64,000 nt of DNA from NCBI GenBank assembly GCA_964106915.2, contig OZ066919.1; one strand, given 5' to 3'. The stretch's first letter is position 1, and each line of letters begins with the position of its first letter. The notes beneath the pieces are model-generated. The model searched no databases, was not told where the DNA came from, and was given only the letters and a program-made list of their open reading frames with translations. The position numbers were made by a program, and so were the translations under genes. This stretch comes from Podarcis gaigeae (lineage: Eukaryota). This document shows, in pieces, positions 36,949 through 49,257 of the stretch.

Positions 36949-38908
36949 GTGAGCCAATAGTACTACAACACATCTTTGATGGGCAAATCTACTCTAATAT
37001 TTTGAGCTCCAAAATCAAAGATGACAGAAATTTTAATCTTAAGAAGTGTTAGGAAGGTGAAAAAAGCACCTGTACCCTCGAACCCCTTGTTTTGCAGACT
37101 GAACTGCAGGTGATGGAGAAGCAAGCAGAAGAATGGAAATTTCCTTTCTTTAAGAACCGCTTCACACATTACAATTTTACTACAATGGAGATAATTTGCA
37201 GGCATTCTGGCATGCCGTGTTAACAGCAGTCAGTCAGATATCTCTGGGGAGCCACAAGCAGAGCAGGAGAACAATGACCATCTCCTGTTCATCCCAAGTA
37301 TCTGACATTTGAAACTGTACCGCTTCTGCTCATAGTTACCATGGCTAATAGTTGCTGGGAAATGCCTCTGCCTTGAATTGGCAAAATACCATGACATTCA
37401 CGTGGCAGCTTCATCACAGCTTAGTCAAATCAGCTCACCCCAAATCCAGAATACCACTATGCTATTGTGAATTTGCTCTGAGTGCCACAGTCTGGCACAG
37501 GATAATGGTTATCTTGGCACTGTGCTGATACTGAATAGTTTTGTTGTTGATGGATTTACACGTCAATCTCCCCTGATTTGGGGGAAGGATGTGTCTCTGT
37601 TGTGGGTGGAACGGAGATATGAAACCATCCATTTTATACAGCAGGTGTTAAGCTTTGAAGGGAGCAGCCCTTAATTTGTGCTACATATATGAGATTTGGA
37701 ATCCTGTTGCTGCTCAGCCATCACATCAACATTCCTAGCAGGAACCAGTTCATCAGCTCAAACACAGCACATTTTGATTGCAAACAGCATGCTATGCTCT
37801 CAACAGCTCGCACAGGTGGTGAAATTATAAAGATTGCTATGAAAATTGCCTGCATCAAACTAGCGGAGATTCCAGTTTTGAGTCTGGGCTTCTCTGCAAC
37901 ATCTTATATTAAAGCCCTGATTTCTTATCTTATGGCATTACCTTTCACTTTCTTTATCATACTGTCCCAAATCTACTTTCTCTAGGCAAGATTCAAGGAG
38001 TGGTTGCGGAAGTATGATGAGATTTAAGAGTCAGATACAAGGAAGTTTTGAAGACAGTATCCATCACAGTGTTATTTTTCATTGCAATTTTGGAAATAGT
38101 TACATTTGGAATAATTTACACTATAGAAGTTAGGGATTAGCTGTTGAAATAATTTGCCCCAGGGTTTGGTTCCATCTGAATTTCAGTCCATCACCTACTG
38201 ACATCCTGCATTATCAGTGTTTGCAAACTACAGGCACAAAGGGTTTCACAAAATATAGCAGCTGACAAAATTCCTTCAGAAGCTTGCACAAAGTGTGGCA
38301 TTTGTGATAATCTTATTCTTCCCCATTCCTTTAAGATCCTATAGCTTCCACTATAGGGTTCTCAACTCCCCTCCCCCAAAGAAATCAGATCTTATGATCA
38401 AGTCAGGCACATTTTACAGACAAACATATAGATTAAGGATATTTGTGAAATGTAGCCATATAGAAATTAGTTTTTTTTCCATTATAAAATTTGGATTTTG
38501 TTTTGTTGCTGTTGTTTAATTGTGGAATTTGGAGGACCGGGAAGAGTAAACACTGATATGTTCAGAAATACAGTGCAGTTGTTTCTGGACTGAACCACTT
38601 CAAATTGCAAGTGGTTTGCCTTTTTGGACATTGCCCCTGTAAACTCCCTGCCTGTGGAAAGCATGCAAAGGAAAAGTCCTCTCCCAGATATGCTGCTTTT
38701 TTGTGTGCAGCTAATTTTAATGTGGGGAAGCATTCAAACATATTGATCTTTCATCTGTAATCTGACGCCAAATTGATAGGGAGTGCCGTGCTAGCTAATA
38801 TTCCTTAGCAGGTAGATAAATTTCCTGAGTGAGCAACTCCGGCAGTGAAAAGGCCAGAACTTTGTCTCCCTCCCACTCATGGCATATCACCCTGTTTTTG
38901 TCCCACAG

Positions 38909-39487
38909 TCCCAGGCAAGCCTACCATGATGATCAGCACCACAGCCATGAATACAGCTCTGATCAATTGGCACCCACCTAAAGAGATGGTTGGGGAGCTG
39001 CTGGGCTACCAGCTGCAGTTCAAACATGCTGAGGAGGAGAAGATGAGGATTATGAACTTTGAGAAGAACGTGGATCACTTCACCGTGACTGACCTTTACA
39101 AGGGTGCCACCTACATCTTCAAGCTGGCTGCCAAGAATAGGGTTGGTCTTGGGGAGGAGTTTGAAAAAGAAATCACTACCGCAGAGGAAGCGCCAAGCGG
39201 TTTCCCCCAGAACCTGCACGTGGTGGGGCTGACCACCTCCACCACTAAAGTGACTTGGGAGCCTCCACTTCTGGCGGAGAGGAATGGGAAAATGACCAAC
39301 TACACAGTTGTGTACAGAGACATTAACAGCCAGCAGAACCTGACCAATGTTACGAGGGAAACGAGCATCACTCTGACCAACCTCAAACCTGACACAACCT
39401 ATGACATCAAAGTTAGAGCCCACACTAACAAGGGAGCTGGCCCTCTCAGCCCCAGCATTCAGTCTAGGACGATGCCAATGGAACAAG
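38909..39487 (+). CDS. PTPRF: Exon encoding FN3 repeats 6-7 (579 nt, phase 1-1)
   Basis: ccacag|TCCCA...GAACAAG|gtaagc; VPGKPTMMISTTAM...SIQSRTMPMEQ. Confidence 0.97.
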
Positions 39488-39747
39488 GTAAGCACTCCCC
39501 TGTGATCAGTTAATGAACCTCTATGGCAGAAAACAGGTCAGAGATGACGTGGTCAGTCTTACCTTCCTGAGCTTACAATTTTTTGAATGGGGGGGGAGCA
39601 TAGAGGTTGCATGACTGCATTTGTTTTTTTCAAACACATACCCACCCCATTTTCTGTTTCCAGATAAGAATTGTTGCTTTGGTGCAAACTGAACAGGCAG
39701 CTTCTGTGAAGAAACAGTGCCTCATAGCTGCTACCTTTTGAAGATTG

Positions 39748-39923
39748 CTGTGTACACACTATACCTTTAAAGTACAATCGGAACACATTATTTTCCTCAA
39801 AGAATTCAGGGCACTGTAGTTCACCTCTTGCAGTGTTAAAAATCCTAGCAACCCATAACAAACTACAGGGCCCAGAGAGAGAATATACTTTGAACGTGCT
39901 TTAAATATATAGTGTGTACACAG
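39748..39923. mobile_element. Palindromic MITE, 16-bp perfect terminal inverted repeat
   Basis: CTGTGTACACACTATA / TATAGTGTGTACACAG; internal ctgtagtt/aactacag arms like 28821-28981. Confidence 0.7.
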
Positions 39924-40114
39924 TCTGTGACAAAGAGGGGAAGGTGGCAACACAGTTTGGTCAAAAAGCTTAAGTGTCCTAAGGTGCAAGAAGGCTTATT
40001 GAATCTACAGGAAAACACCCAATTTTGCTGCTACTGAGAAGAGTGGAAGGGAAAGGGTTAGTTGTCCAGGTTTGCCTCACGGGGGCCACTCAAAATGATT
40101 CTTTCTAATTGCAG

Positions 40115-40212
40115 TGTTCGCAAAGAACTTTCGTGTCAGTGCTGTGATGAAAACATCAGTGCTACTTAGCTGGGAGGTTCCAGACTCTTACAAATCTGCA
40201 GTTCCTTTCAAG
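40115..40212 (+). CDS. PTPRF: Exon encoding first part of FN3 repeat 8 (98 nt; not in ORF track)
   Basis: ttgcag|TGTTC...TTCAAG|gtaagg; [33 protein letters not shown]. Confidence 0.95.
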
Positions 40213-42349
40213 GTAAGGGAATATGTCTGTCACATATGGGGACCCGATTAATGTGCAGTAAGGAAGAAATTAGAAAGTCTGTCTCAGGGACCTTCAGACC
40301 AAGAGTCTTGCTGTCATCAACCCAGTTATGTAAGCTGAGCAACCAAATCCAGAGAAACACCAGGGGGCTTGAGTCAGGATGTAAGAAGTGTGGACACCCC
40401 CTTGTCCTGGGTACCCTAGAGTCGTGACACTTATTTCCTTTAGTCTAGATCACCAAACATGGTAAATCAGCAAGTATGTCTTTAGAAATTAGTTAAAAAC
40501 TGGTACATTTCCAGACAAAACCTCTTGATTCCTGTGCCGATTTTGGAGACTCATATATGCCCTTTAAATGTTACTCTAGCTGTATGGGAATTGGTTTCCC
40601 ATGAATCCTGCATGGTGGAGTGAGGAATTCATTCTCAGCACTGGCACAATCTTCTGCTCAGAACAGACTACAATTAGGAGCCCAAACCCCCTGCATTCCA
40701 GGCAAAATGGTTTGGTCCTACTGCTGATCATGAAGCATTTTTGTTCAGAACATGGGCAGAATTACACTTAGGGCAGGATAGAGATACCTCTAGAACCCAA
40801 CAGGGCCCCATAGTGTGCTGCTCTGCCTGTGGTCACTAGCAACATGACAGAGATAAGCAAGCACTTGTGACAGCAGGATAATTCTATGCGGGGAATTTGT
40901 TCATAAAAGGCTAGTTCTTTGGACTCATTCCTAATGCTGTATGGGCAGAGCTGCCTTGGAACCATCATCAAAACGGTTGCACAGTGTGGGCTTCAAAACG
41001 TAGTTGCCAGATTTTGCTGACGTAAGCAGAGAGTTGACAGCAGTTGCTGCCATGGGTTTGCCATGATGAGGCACAGGAGCAGATGGTGTTAGCGGCTCAC
41101 TAGCTGAGGAGCAGCCATGCAAACGCAACGGGTGTAAATGAGCTTTCTTCTTCCTGTAGACAGTATTAGATGTCCAGGCCATGCACAAGTGCCAACAGAG
41201 TAGCTGGCCCAGGAGCAGCTGGCCCAGGAGCAGCAGCAACTTTGCAAACAGGACACTCCCCCACCCACCTGTGCTGAGCTGCTTAATTCAAGTGTACAGG
41301 ATGCCAGGCCAAAGCCTAATAATCTAACGAGCACCGCTGATAAGTCTCCATGGGAACAATTAGCATTATCTACACTTGATAAACAGTCTCGCACTAAATC
41401 TACATCCCAAAGGGTGTCCTCTTTCTCTTTAACAGATTTAATTAAGGCAGATATTGTTATGATTTGTGAACACTGAGGCGCAGGCTAAATATCATGGTAT
41501 TTTTTATTGGGAATGAACTGAGACCTCTGAAATTCCTTCACTGAAGAATCAACAACAGGGCTTTCAGTTCTCCTCAGAGAAGAGTCGTTGCTTCATCTGG
41601 TCCAGGAGATAAAACTCCCTGCAAAGAGATGATTGGTCCTGTGAAGTGAGTGAGAAGTGATGTTATGGTGAGATTCCTGCTGCAATCAGAACCTGACACT
41701 GTCCCTGATCTAAGAGAGCTGCTTCCCTGCCTGTGTTTGATGCTAGAAATGGATTTTAAATGAACGCTGTTTTGGGGAATGAGAACTGATCATGAGACAT
41801 TTTCATGAGGGCATAGGCAGAATGTTTTCAGACTAGTAGCCCTGGCTTCCACCTCCTAATATTGTACCTTGACAGATTTTTAGTAACAGATTCATCATGC
41901 AGACTACTTTAGCTTCTCTGACACAGTAACTTACACCATTGTTGCCTAACTCCAGAAGGCCCAGCAAGTGAGGAAGAGCCAAGCAGCCATCTCTACCCTA
42001 GATAACCGTACCACCGCACTCCTTACTCCCGAATGGACGACAGAAAAAGTTGCAATAGTTATGGGAGCTAGGGACCTTATCTTTCTTCCTACCCACATGT
42101 GCAGACCAACAGAGCTGGGAGAAGGCAGCACTAACTCTTATTTCTACATGGGGGTTCATGATCTCTCAGATGTGGTATAGTCACGCTTATCAACAGGTCA
42201 GCTTGTTTGGTACCTTGCACAGTGGGAGCGTTGCCCCCCAAAAAAAGAAAAAAAAAGACCCACGCCAGGAAGAGGAGTTTTGGAAAGAACTTCATCCAAC
42301 CCTTTCCCTATCAGTTTGGGCTGAATCAACTGTTTCCCTCTGCTTACAG

Positions 42350-42603
42350 ATTCTGTACAATGGCCAGACTGTGGAGGTGGATGGCCACTCCATGAGGAAG
42401 CTGATTAATAACCTGCAGCCAGACACAAATTATTCCTTTGCGCTCACAAACCGGGGAAGTAGCGCAGGAGCCTTGCAGCACCGAGTCTTCATCCGCACAG
42501 CACCTGATGTCATCCAGAGCAAGCCCATTTCCACATACAAATATATCCATAATGGGCAGTTCACTCTGACTCTCCCCAAAGTGCAGACCTCTGTGCCAGT
42601 CAG
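42350..42603 (+). CDS. PTPRF: Exon encoding rest of FN3 repeat 8 and start of membrane-proximal region (254 nt)
   Basis: ttacag|ATTCTG...GTCAG|gtacat; ILYNGQTVEVDGHSMRKLI...VQTSVPVR. Confidence 0.95.
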
Positions 42604-42859
42604 GTACATTTCTACTTTATTTTATTTTTTAATTTTTGATGCTACCATAGGAGAACATGGTGTTGTATAGTTGGGGAAGGGTCTCCTGAGTCTCTGCAGA
42701 GTCTTGGTACTTTTGCAGAGGTAATAAGGGTGGTAATATAGGGAACTGTATTGGATTTTATAAATCATGATAATGGTGTAAATCCACCTACAACATGTTA
42801 AAAATGCTTCCCAATAGCAAGAGGTTACCAAAAATATGAGAGCACTCTGTGCAGCAGCC

Positions 42860-42968
42860 TTACCTGATCTGATGTTTTGAACTACAACTCCCAGCTGGCA
42901 TGGTCGATGGACAAGGGTATCAGAGCTGTAGCCCAAAACATCTGGAAGGCACTAGGTTGAGCAAGGGT
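42860..42968. mobile_element. Degenerate copy of the hAT-MITE family seen at 43140
   Basis: gatgttttgaactacaactccc...gagctgtagcccaaaacatctggaagg. Confidence 0.65.
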
Positions 42969-43139
42969 GATGTGCTGGATTTGATCAGGGTTCTGGATCT
43001 GGGCTACCATTTTTATGTATTATAACCTGCTCCTCTCAGTCACCTATCATTATATGAAAAATAGGGAGCCATAATCCCCATCATTCATCTGAAAGGGCCC
43101 AGGGTGTACTTTCCACACTGCTGCACAGTTACTTTAAAT

Positions 43140-43275
43140 CAGTGTTTCCCAACCTTGTGCCTCCAGATGTTTTTGGCCTACAACTCCCATCATCCCTGAC
43201 CACTGGTCTTGCTAGCTAGGGATGATGGGAGTTGTAGGCCAAAAACATCTGGAGGCACAAGGTTGGGAAACACTG
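43140..43275. mobile_element. hAT-type MITE, perfect 58-bp inverted arms, 8-bp TSD
   Basis: CAGTGTTTCCCAACC...GGTTGGGAAACACTG; TSD CTTTAAAT at 43132-43139 and 43276-43283. Confidence 0.93.
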
Positions 43276-43436
43276 CTTTAAATAATGTATGTAAATCCTA
43301 ATAGGAGGCTTGTGGAAGTCTCATTTGTGTTTTTGATCTCCCACCACTGAAAAAGGAACCAGATTATCTAGCTGTGCTTTCCCAGCTTCCAACACTATCA
43401 CTTAGAAGCTGGCCTAGTGACTTTCATTAACCTAAT

Positions 43437-43920
43437 CATAGGCGCCGACTCCATGGGGCCTGAGGGGGCCCGAGCCCCCTCAAAAATTCGTTTGGGGGGG
43501 CTCTGGCCCCCCCAATAATTTAAGAAAATTATTAGTTATATTATGCTTTGTAAAATCACAAAATTATGTTGGTATTTTTTATTTTCCTTGTTTGACGATA
43601 GTTACCTTTTAAAATACATTCAGTAATGAGTTAAAACAAAGCCACTCCCGATCTAGAGAGGGGGTGGGGTTGCGGGCTCTCGACCGCGAGAAGCAGGGAT
43701 TCCCCCTAGCTCATTAATATTCACCGCCCACGGCGGCAGCCAATCGGCTGCCGCAAAGGGCGGGCCCTCACAGGTTCACTTAAGGTCGGGGCAGCCCGGG
43801 GCTCGCCCCTTTCGTTCCCCCAGCAGCAGCGGTTTGGAGGTCTTGGGCGCCCCCAATATTTTTTATAAGTCGGTATGGGCCCCCGCCCCCCCCCATATTT
43901 TTTATAAGTCGGCGCCCCTG
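43437..43920. mobile_element. Non-autonomous hAT element, 484 bp, 8-bp TSD
   Basis: Imperfect TIR CATAGGCGCCGACT / AGTCGGCGCCCCTG; TSD AACCTAAT at 43429-43436 and 43921-43928; CpG-rich interior. Confidence 0.9.
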
Positions 43921-44050
43921 AACCTAATACATGCCAGCAGGCTACAGCCCGTGTCCCTGGGAAGTTCAAAGCAGGGAGTTGCAGGGCTTTCATGGAGAGC
44001 ATTCCTCTGTTTGAAGTAGAGCTCACCCATTCCCCTCTCTTGTTCCCCAG

Positions 44051-44141
44051 GTGGTACTACATTGTGGTTGTGCCGATAGACCACACAAGCAACCTAGTTG
44101 GCTCCAGATTGAAGAGCCCAGATGATATGGGACTAGACCAG
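44051..44141 (+). CDS. PTPRF: Membrane-proximal ectodomain exon (91 nt)
   Basis: ccccag|GTGGTAC...GACCAG|gtagga; WYYIVVVPIDHTSNLVGSRLKSPDDMGLDQ. Confidence 0.93.
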
Positions 44142-45954
44142 GTAGGAGAAGGCCAAAACTTGTTTCCACTTGTTTTGAAGGGGGTAAGGGAAACAGATGT
44201 TCAAGAAACTAGCCCACATATGAAATAATTTGGGAGAGTATATGAGCAACGTTAACCATCCTGTCATACTGGAGATAATGGCAGAAGACCTGGGGTTTCG
44301 GAAACTTTGCCTATGTGGGATAATTCCCACATTTGATAGCTTAATTTGGAGGTGCCATCTCCTGCCATCCTGAAGTCATCAAGTTCCTCAAATACCCATG
44401 ATATCCATATTCATCTTTAGCCAGCTCTCAAAATTGCCTGTGAAGCTTACTGGTCCAGTGAAAGAGGTCACTGAAGTGTGATTGCCCATGGACTTATTGC
44501 ATGTATGGATCACACCACGCCTCCTTCTGCCCTCAGGTTCTGTTGTATAATTTATATGCCAAACAAGATGTAGGAAGCAGAGGTCCCCATTGGGATGGGT
44601 AAGGCAGAAGGCAGGGAGCCCAAACTGTACTTGGATTCGGAGCCAGTGACAGGCAGAGTCACTTAATTCTCCCTGCTGAGTTTTGCAAGGGAAACACAGA
44701 GACTTAAGAAAGAGAAAACTGGCAGTCAGTGTCACCTCCTACACTGGATGTAAATAAGAAGCCACACAAGTGGGGGCTTACCAAGGGGAGCAGTGCCCCA
44801 ATTTGCCCCAATAGATCAGTTTCCACTGATAAAAACTGAAGCTTGGATAAGACTCTGTGCGCGCACACACATCTTTGTGTTGCACACATTAGTTAGGATG
44901 CAGATAAGGCCTGGGTTGGAGGGCAGGGATGCCACTTTGTTAGGGTCACAAGCCAGCACCCTCCTTCCCTGAAATAATGGCATGGTTCTGTGTGGTCTCT
45001 GTTTTCTTCCTGGCACCACCATTGCTCTAATGCTTCATCTCTGCCCTAACACATTTTTGTGTGAAATGTATTTCATGCCTCCTCCTTCATTTTAAATTAG
45101 AATTTCTGTTCAGAGCCTAGCATTCATTTTTATTCATTAGAAAAACATCTTTAAACATCTGAGAGCTTTTCTGAGCAATGTAATTGAATTTTGGTGTGTT
45201 TATATCCTTTTTTCTTGAGTTTGTGGACGACTATGAAATTTGCCATTTTTTCCTCTCTCTGAACATTCCATGTTAGCACTGTGTGTGATTTATACAAAGT
45301 CTTGCTGCAGCCCAGCAGGATGTGGTGGGGGTGGTGAGCTCTGTGTACAGATTTTGTCCATTTTAGTGTAAGCTACAAAGTGTGTTTGCAGAGTGGCAGA
45401 AATCTGTGTCAAAGCCTGCTGAATTTTTGCCTATCTCCAAAAGTTCAAATTGCTGGGCATCTAAAGATGCATATGTGGACTGTGTGGCCTGTTCTCTGCT
45501 GCTCCTGCTGCTTTACCATCAAAGAGAAACACGTATTTTAAAATGATTTCCCTTGAGATGTTGAGGGGTATAAACTTTATAAAAATGGTACACTATTTTT
45601 CACAAAACTGTGCCCAGTGTAGGTTATGATGAATACAAACAAAACATGCATAAGAATGTGAGCAGAGCCCTGCTGGGTCATACAAGGGGTCCATCGTGTC
45701 CTGCTTCCTGTTTTCATAGTCGTCCACCATAAACCCAGGACAACACTTGGTTCCAGTTTTACCCCCAGCAACTTAATTAACTGTACATTCATTGAGTTCT
45801 AGAGAAAGCCTTCGGGAATGCACTAGAGTAATGAATACCTGGACCTCCCTGGTGTTTTTTGTCACCTGGCTTACAGGTTTTCCTCATGGAAATGTAGAGT
45901 CACCTTGGTAAATAGCATTGCTCTCTCTCACGTTGGCTTCCTTTTGCCACCCAG

Positions 45955-46167
45955 CTACTTGAGGCCATGAACCAAGGGGACCCAAGCAGGCGCCAGCGAC
46001 GTCAGGCAGAGCGGCTCAAGCCTTACATTGCTGCCCAAATGGATGATCTGCCAGAGACCTTTGTCTTGGGGGACCAGAAGAGCTATCAAGGCTTCTACAA
46101 TAAGCCCCTTTCAGAAGACTTGAGCTACCGTTGTTTTGTGCTGGCTTCACTGGAGGATGGGGATACG
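45955..46167 (+). CDS. PTPRF: Exon containing furin cleavage site RRQRR (213 nt)
   Basis: acccag|CTACTT...GATACG|gtaagg; LLEAMNQGDPSRRQRRQAERLKPYIAA...CFVLASLEDGDT. Confidence 0.95.
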
Positions 46168-47140
46168 GTAAGGACCACGAGAAGCGAAGGGACTGTGTGC
46201 TGCTTAAGAGGCCCATTCCAGAGATGGCATTAGGGAAGCTTTGTCACAGTGGAACTTTGCTCTGCAAAGCTTAAGCTAATAAAATCAGATTTATAAAACA
46301 ACTCAGAATCTCCTTCCCCTCTCTTGCCTGGCACCTCGCAGTCCATAGGAAGAAAATAGATTATCTGCCCCACTCTTTGTGCTTCTTCACTTTCCACACC
46401 CCTGTAATTTTTAGGATTATCCATTGTTGCAAGCCAGAATGAATAAGGGAGGGGAAATGGTGGATAATGCCATTGCTTCTGCAAATGTGTAAATAATGTC
46501 CACCCATAATGAAGATATTCAAGCCCTTCTGCTCCGTCCCATGCTGGGTCTCTCACTTTCAGCCTCATTTACTTGTAATGGCTCATTAGAGCTGGTCAAA
46601 TGCTTCATTACTCTTCTGGTCTGAGCACTTGTGTGGCGGACATAGCAAACATGCAGGCAGGAGAATAGAGGCCGCAGAGCAGGCGGAGAAGGTGCCCTTG
46701 TGCCACAAGGTTGGGTACTGCATGTACAAGAGTGAATGTGCACAAGAGCACTTTGGCTAGCAGAGCAAACTCTCCAAGCAACTGGTTTTATTTTGTAGTG
46801 CAACTGCAGCTGCCCTCTACATAAGATCTGCTGCCCTCACAAAGTTCACTGCCAGTTCTTTCTGAAACCTGTGCCAGGTTGTGAGCTCCAGCTTGGCACT
46901 CAGCTCAGTCGTCGTGTTCTTAAACTAGAGGAATGAAGCCACAATATCATAAATGGCTGTTTCTGAAAGAACGATTGTAGAGCCACAGATTACTTTGTCA
47001 TTTAGCACTTTATCAGTCTCGTTTCATTTATCACTGCATTATTCTGCATTTGATTTCCCTGTGACTTCATTGGTTAAAGCCCCCTCCATGTCCCCAGGCA
47101 TGTGTATATATACATATACCTGTAATTCAGAGTAACACTT

Positions 47141-47233
47141 CATGCATCTAATGGGCTGTAGTTCACAAAAGCTATGCCACAGTGAATTTATTAGTCTTTA
47201 AGGCACCGCAAATACCTTCCTTGTTTTTGCTGC
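47141..47233 (+). mobile_element. Old Penelope-like terminal fragment with decayed hammerhead
   Basis: gcatct..tgggctgtagttcac-aaaagctatgc...ttagtctttaaggcacc...ttgtttttgctgc resembles a second Penelope end family (recall). Confidence 0.55.
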
Positions 47234-48319
47234 CCCCTGGAATTCGACATTTATTGAGTTTTGTTTCCCCAAGAAGTGTCAGAAATTTAGTTCTACTCTT
47301 AGAACTTGGGGAATGTGTAGTTATTCCTCAGTAATGTGAAAATGGGCTCTAGAATATTATTTATTACTATTCTGCATGTTCTAGGACTTAGCCCAGTCAC
47401 TGAAACAGGTTCCAGAGACAAAATGTGGCTCAAATTAAGCCAGGCAGGTGTTTGCTGCTGAGCATCCACAAAAGCAGCTGCTATGGGCACGTTTTCTCTG
47501 TGTTTCACAGAATTCCTGTGCATGAAGTCAAAGAGGCTGTTTAAGATCTCCGCTTTCAGACTGGCAGAATTTGGTCAACAGGTATCTCCGCAGGGGCTAA
47601 AAGTGAGACCAGTGTACGCCTCTCCCTTGAGCAGGGCAATAGGAAGCCTCCACTAGAACAGAGAATATGGTCCTCCCTGAACATATGTCTTCTGGCAGGC
47701 ATTAAAAAAAAGATATGAGCGTAGCATGTATTGGAACAGAGGCAGCCAATTTTGTATTGCATTTTTGGTTGCAACTTGCCATTCCCTTGTATGACTTGGA
47801 AGCCTTTGCATGTGAGAAGCCCCATGTGAATCCTGCTGTATTCAGGGCTTATGCTAGAGCTTCAAGGACAGCCATGAGTTAGTCTGCTGTTCAGTGTGGA
47901 ACATAATGCCCAGTGGGTGTTCCTTGACATATAACCCCCTAGGGTGATGTGTTTATAACGGCATAATAGGTATTATAAACCACTTAGTCACTACCCGCCA
48001 GGCCTGATGCTCAATTGGCTGCATCTCCAAAGCCTATAATTTGGCTCTTCGTGTGTCTAAGGCTGGCAACTTGTTCTCAGCTGGACCATTCCTTTCTGGC
48101 ACTGAGGGAGGCCACTTTCTAGCTGATGTGGTTCTGAATGTTCCATTACTGTGGAGAGGAGGTTTGTTTTCACAGTGTCTGTTAATTCCCTGGGTGCTCA
48201 TGAGGAAAATTGCAGGTGGGCAGCTTGGGGCTATTGTACCGAGGGATAACTCAGAATTATGCAAGGAAGAGACCTGATCAATGATCTTTGTCTGCTCTCC
48301 TCTCTCTCGAACTCACCAG

Positions 48320-48471
48320 AAGAAGTATGCAGCCAGCCCCTACTCGGATGAGATTGTGATGGAGGTTTCAGCAAAACAGCAGGATGAACCAGAGATGCTG
48401 TGGGTGATGGGGCCTGTCCTGGCTGTCATCTTAATCATCATCATTGTCATTGCTATCCTGCTCTTCAAAAG
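48320..48471 (+). CDS. PTPRF: Transmembrane exon (152 nt)
   Basis: caccag|AAGAAG...TTCAAAAG|gtgagc; KKYAASPYSD...LWVMGPVLAVILIIIIVIAILLFK. Confidence 0.96.
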
Positions 48472-49245
48472 GTGAGCACACGCCTATGCCCGTGCAATGT
48501 TGTGGTGTCCATGGTGCAGTATTGTGCCAAGCTCAAGAACATTTACAGTGAGCAAACTATACTATAAATCCAAGGACACTGTCTATTCTGGGGGGGGTGG
48601 TCTGAACCTTCCTGAAGGTTTCTCATTGGAGCCTGCAAAACAGTGCTATGTAAGGCAAGCCCTAGGAAGGGGTGGGGAGCATGGGATCACATTCAGTGGT
48701 CTCTGCATTTCATTTTGTGCTGGGAAGGTATATACTGGAAGTGAACTGGGACTGTGTCAGTGCCAGATGAACTGTGAAGCCATAGGACATGGCTTCTGCT
48801 TAGTGGTTCTAGGGTGATGACCTGGATGCCTCAGATTAAGTAAAAGGCTCTGGCCAAGAAATGCCTACATCCCTTGGTTTATTCAGAGGCCTGGTGCTTT
48901 CCTCCAAGTCTTCTTGGCTCCAAGAATGAACCCTCCATGTGGTAACAGGGACCCTTTGTTCCAGAGCTTTGTCCTCAGCCTAGTCATAGGTGTTCTGATC
49001 CATGATCTGGGACATGGGTGTCAAGTGCTTGGGCTGTTAAAAGAAGCAGGAGCTGCTCATTTGGTTACAGGGAGTGCTTACTCTCCTACCTTTGCTCTGG
49101 GAAGCTGTCATCATTCTTCTCCAACTAAATGTGCATAATAACACCAAGAGGGGAGGTGACTTTGGGTTATTGCATGCACAATTAGTACCTTTTTGTAACC
49201 TGGATTTCCTCTTTTTTTCTCTATTTCTGCTGTCCCTGGATCTAG

Positions 49246-49257
49246 CAAACAAGAAAG
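49246..49257 (+). CDS. PTPRF: 12-nt juxtamembrane micro-exon (meD/LASE-b type), encodes SKQE
   Basis: tctag|CAAACAAGAAAG|gtagac; phase 2-2; long pyrimidine tract with TGC just upstream; gives LLFK-SKQE-RKR. Confidence 0.88.

Noticed and set aside
38887-39495. 202-aa minus-strand ORF
   Set aside because: Coextensive with the FN6-7 exon; an antisense shadow of coding sequence with no recognisable protein features.
41160-41480. Coding-looking stretch after an acceptor-like ttcctgtag, with a 15-nt tandem duplication (agctggcccaggagc)
   Set aside because: The phase-0 frame stops within about 55 codons, no homology recognised and no convincing donor.
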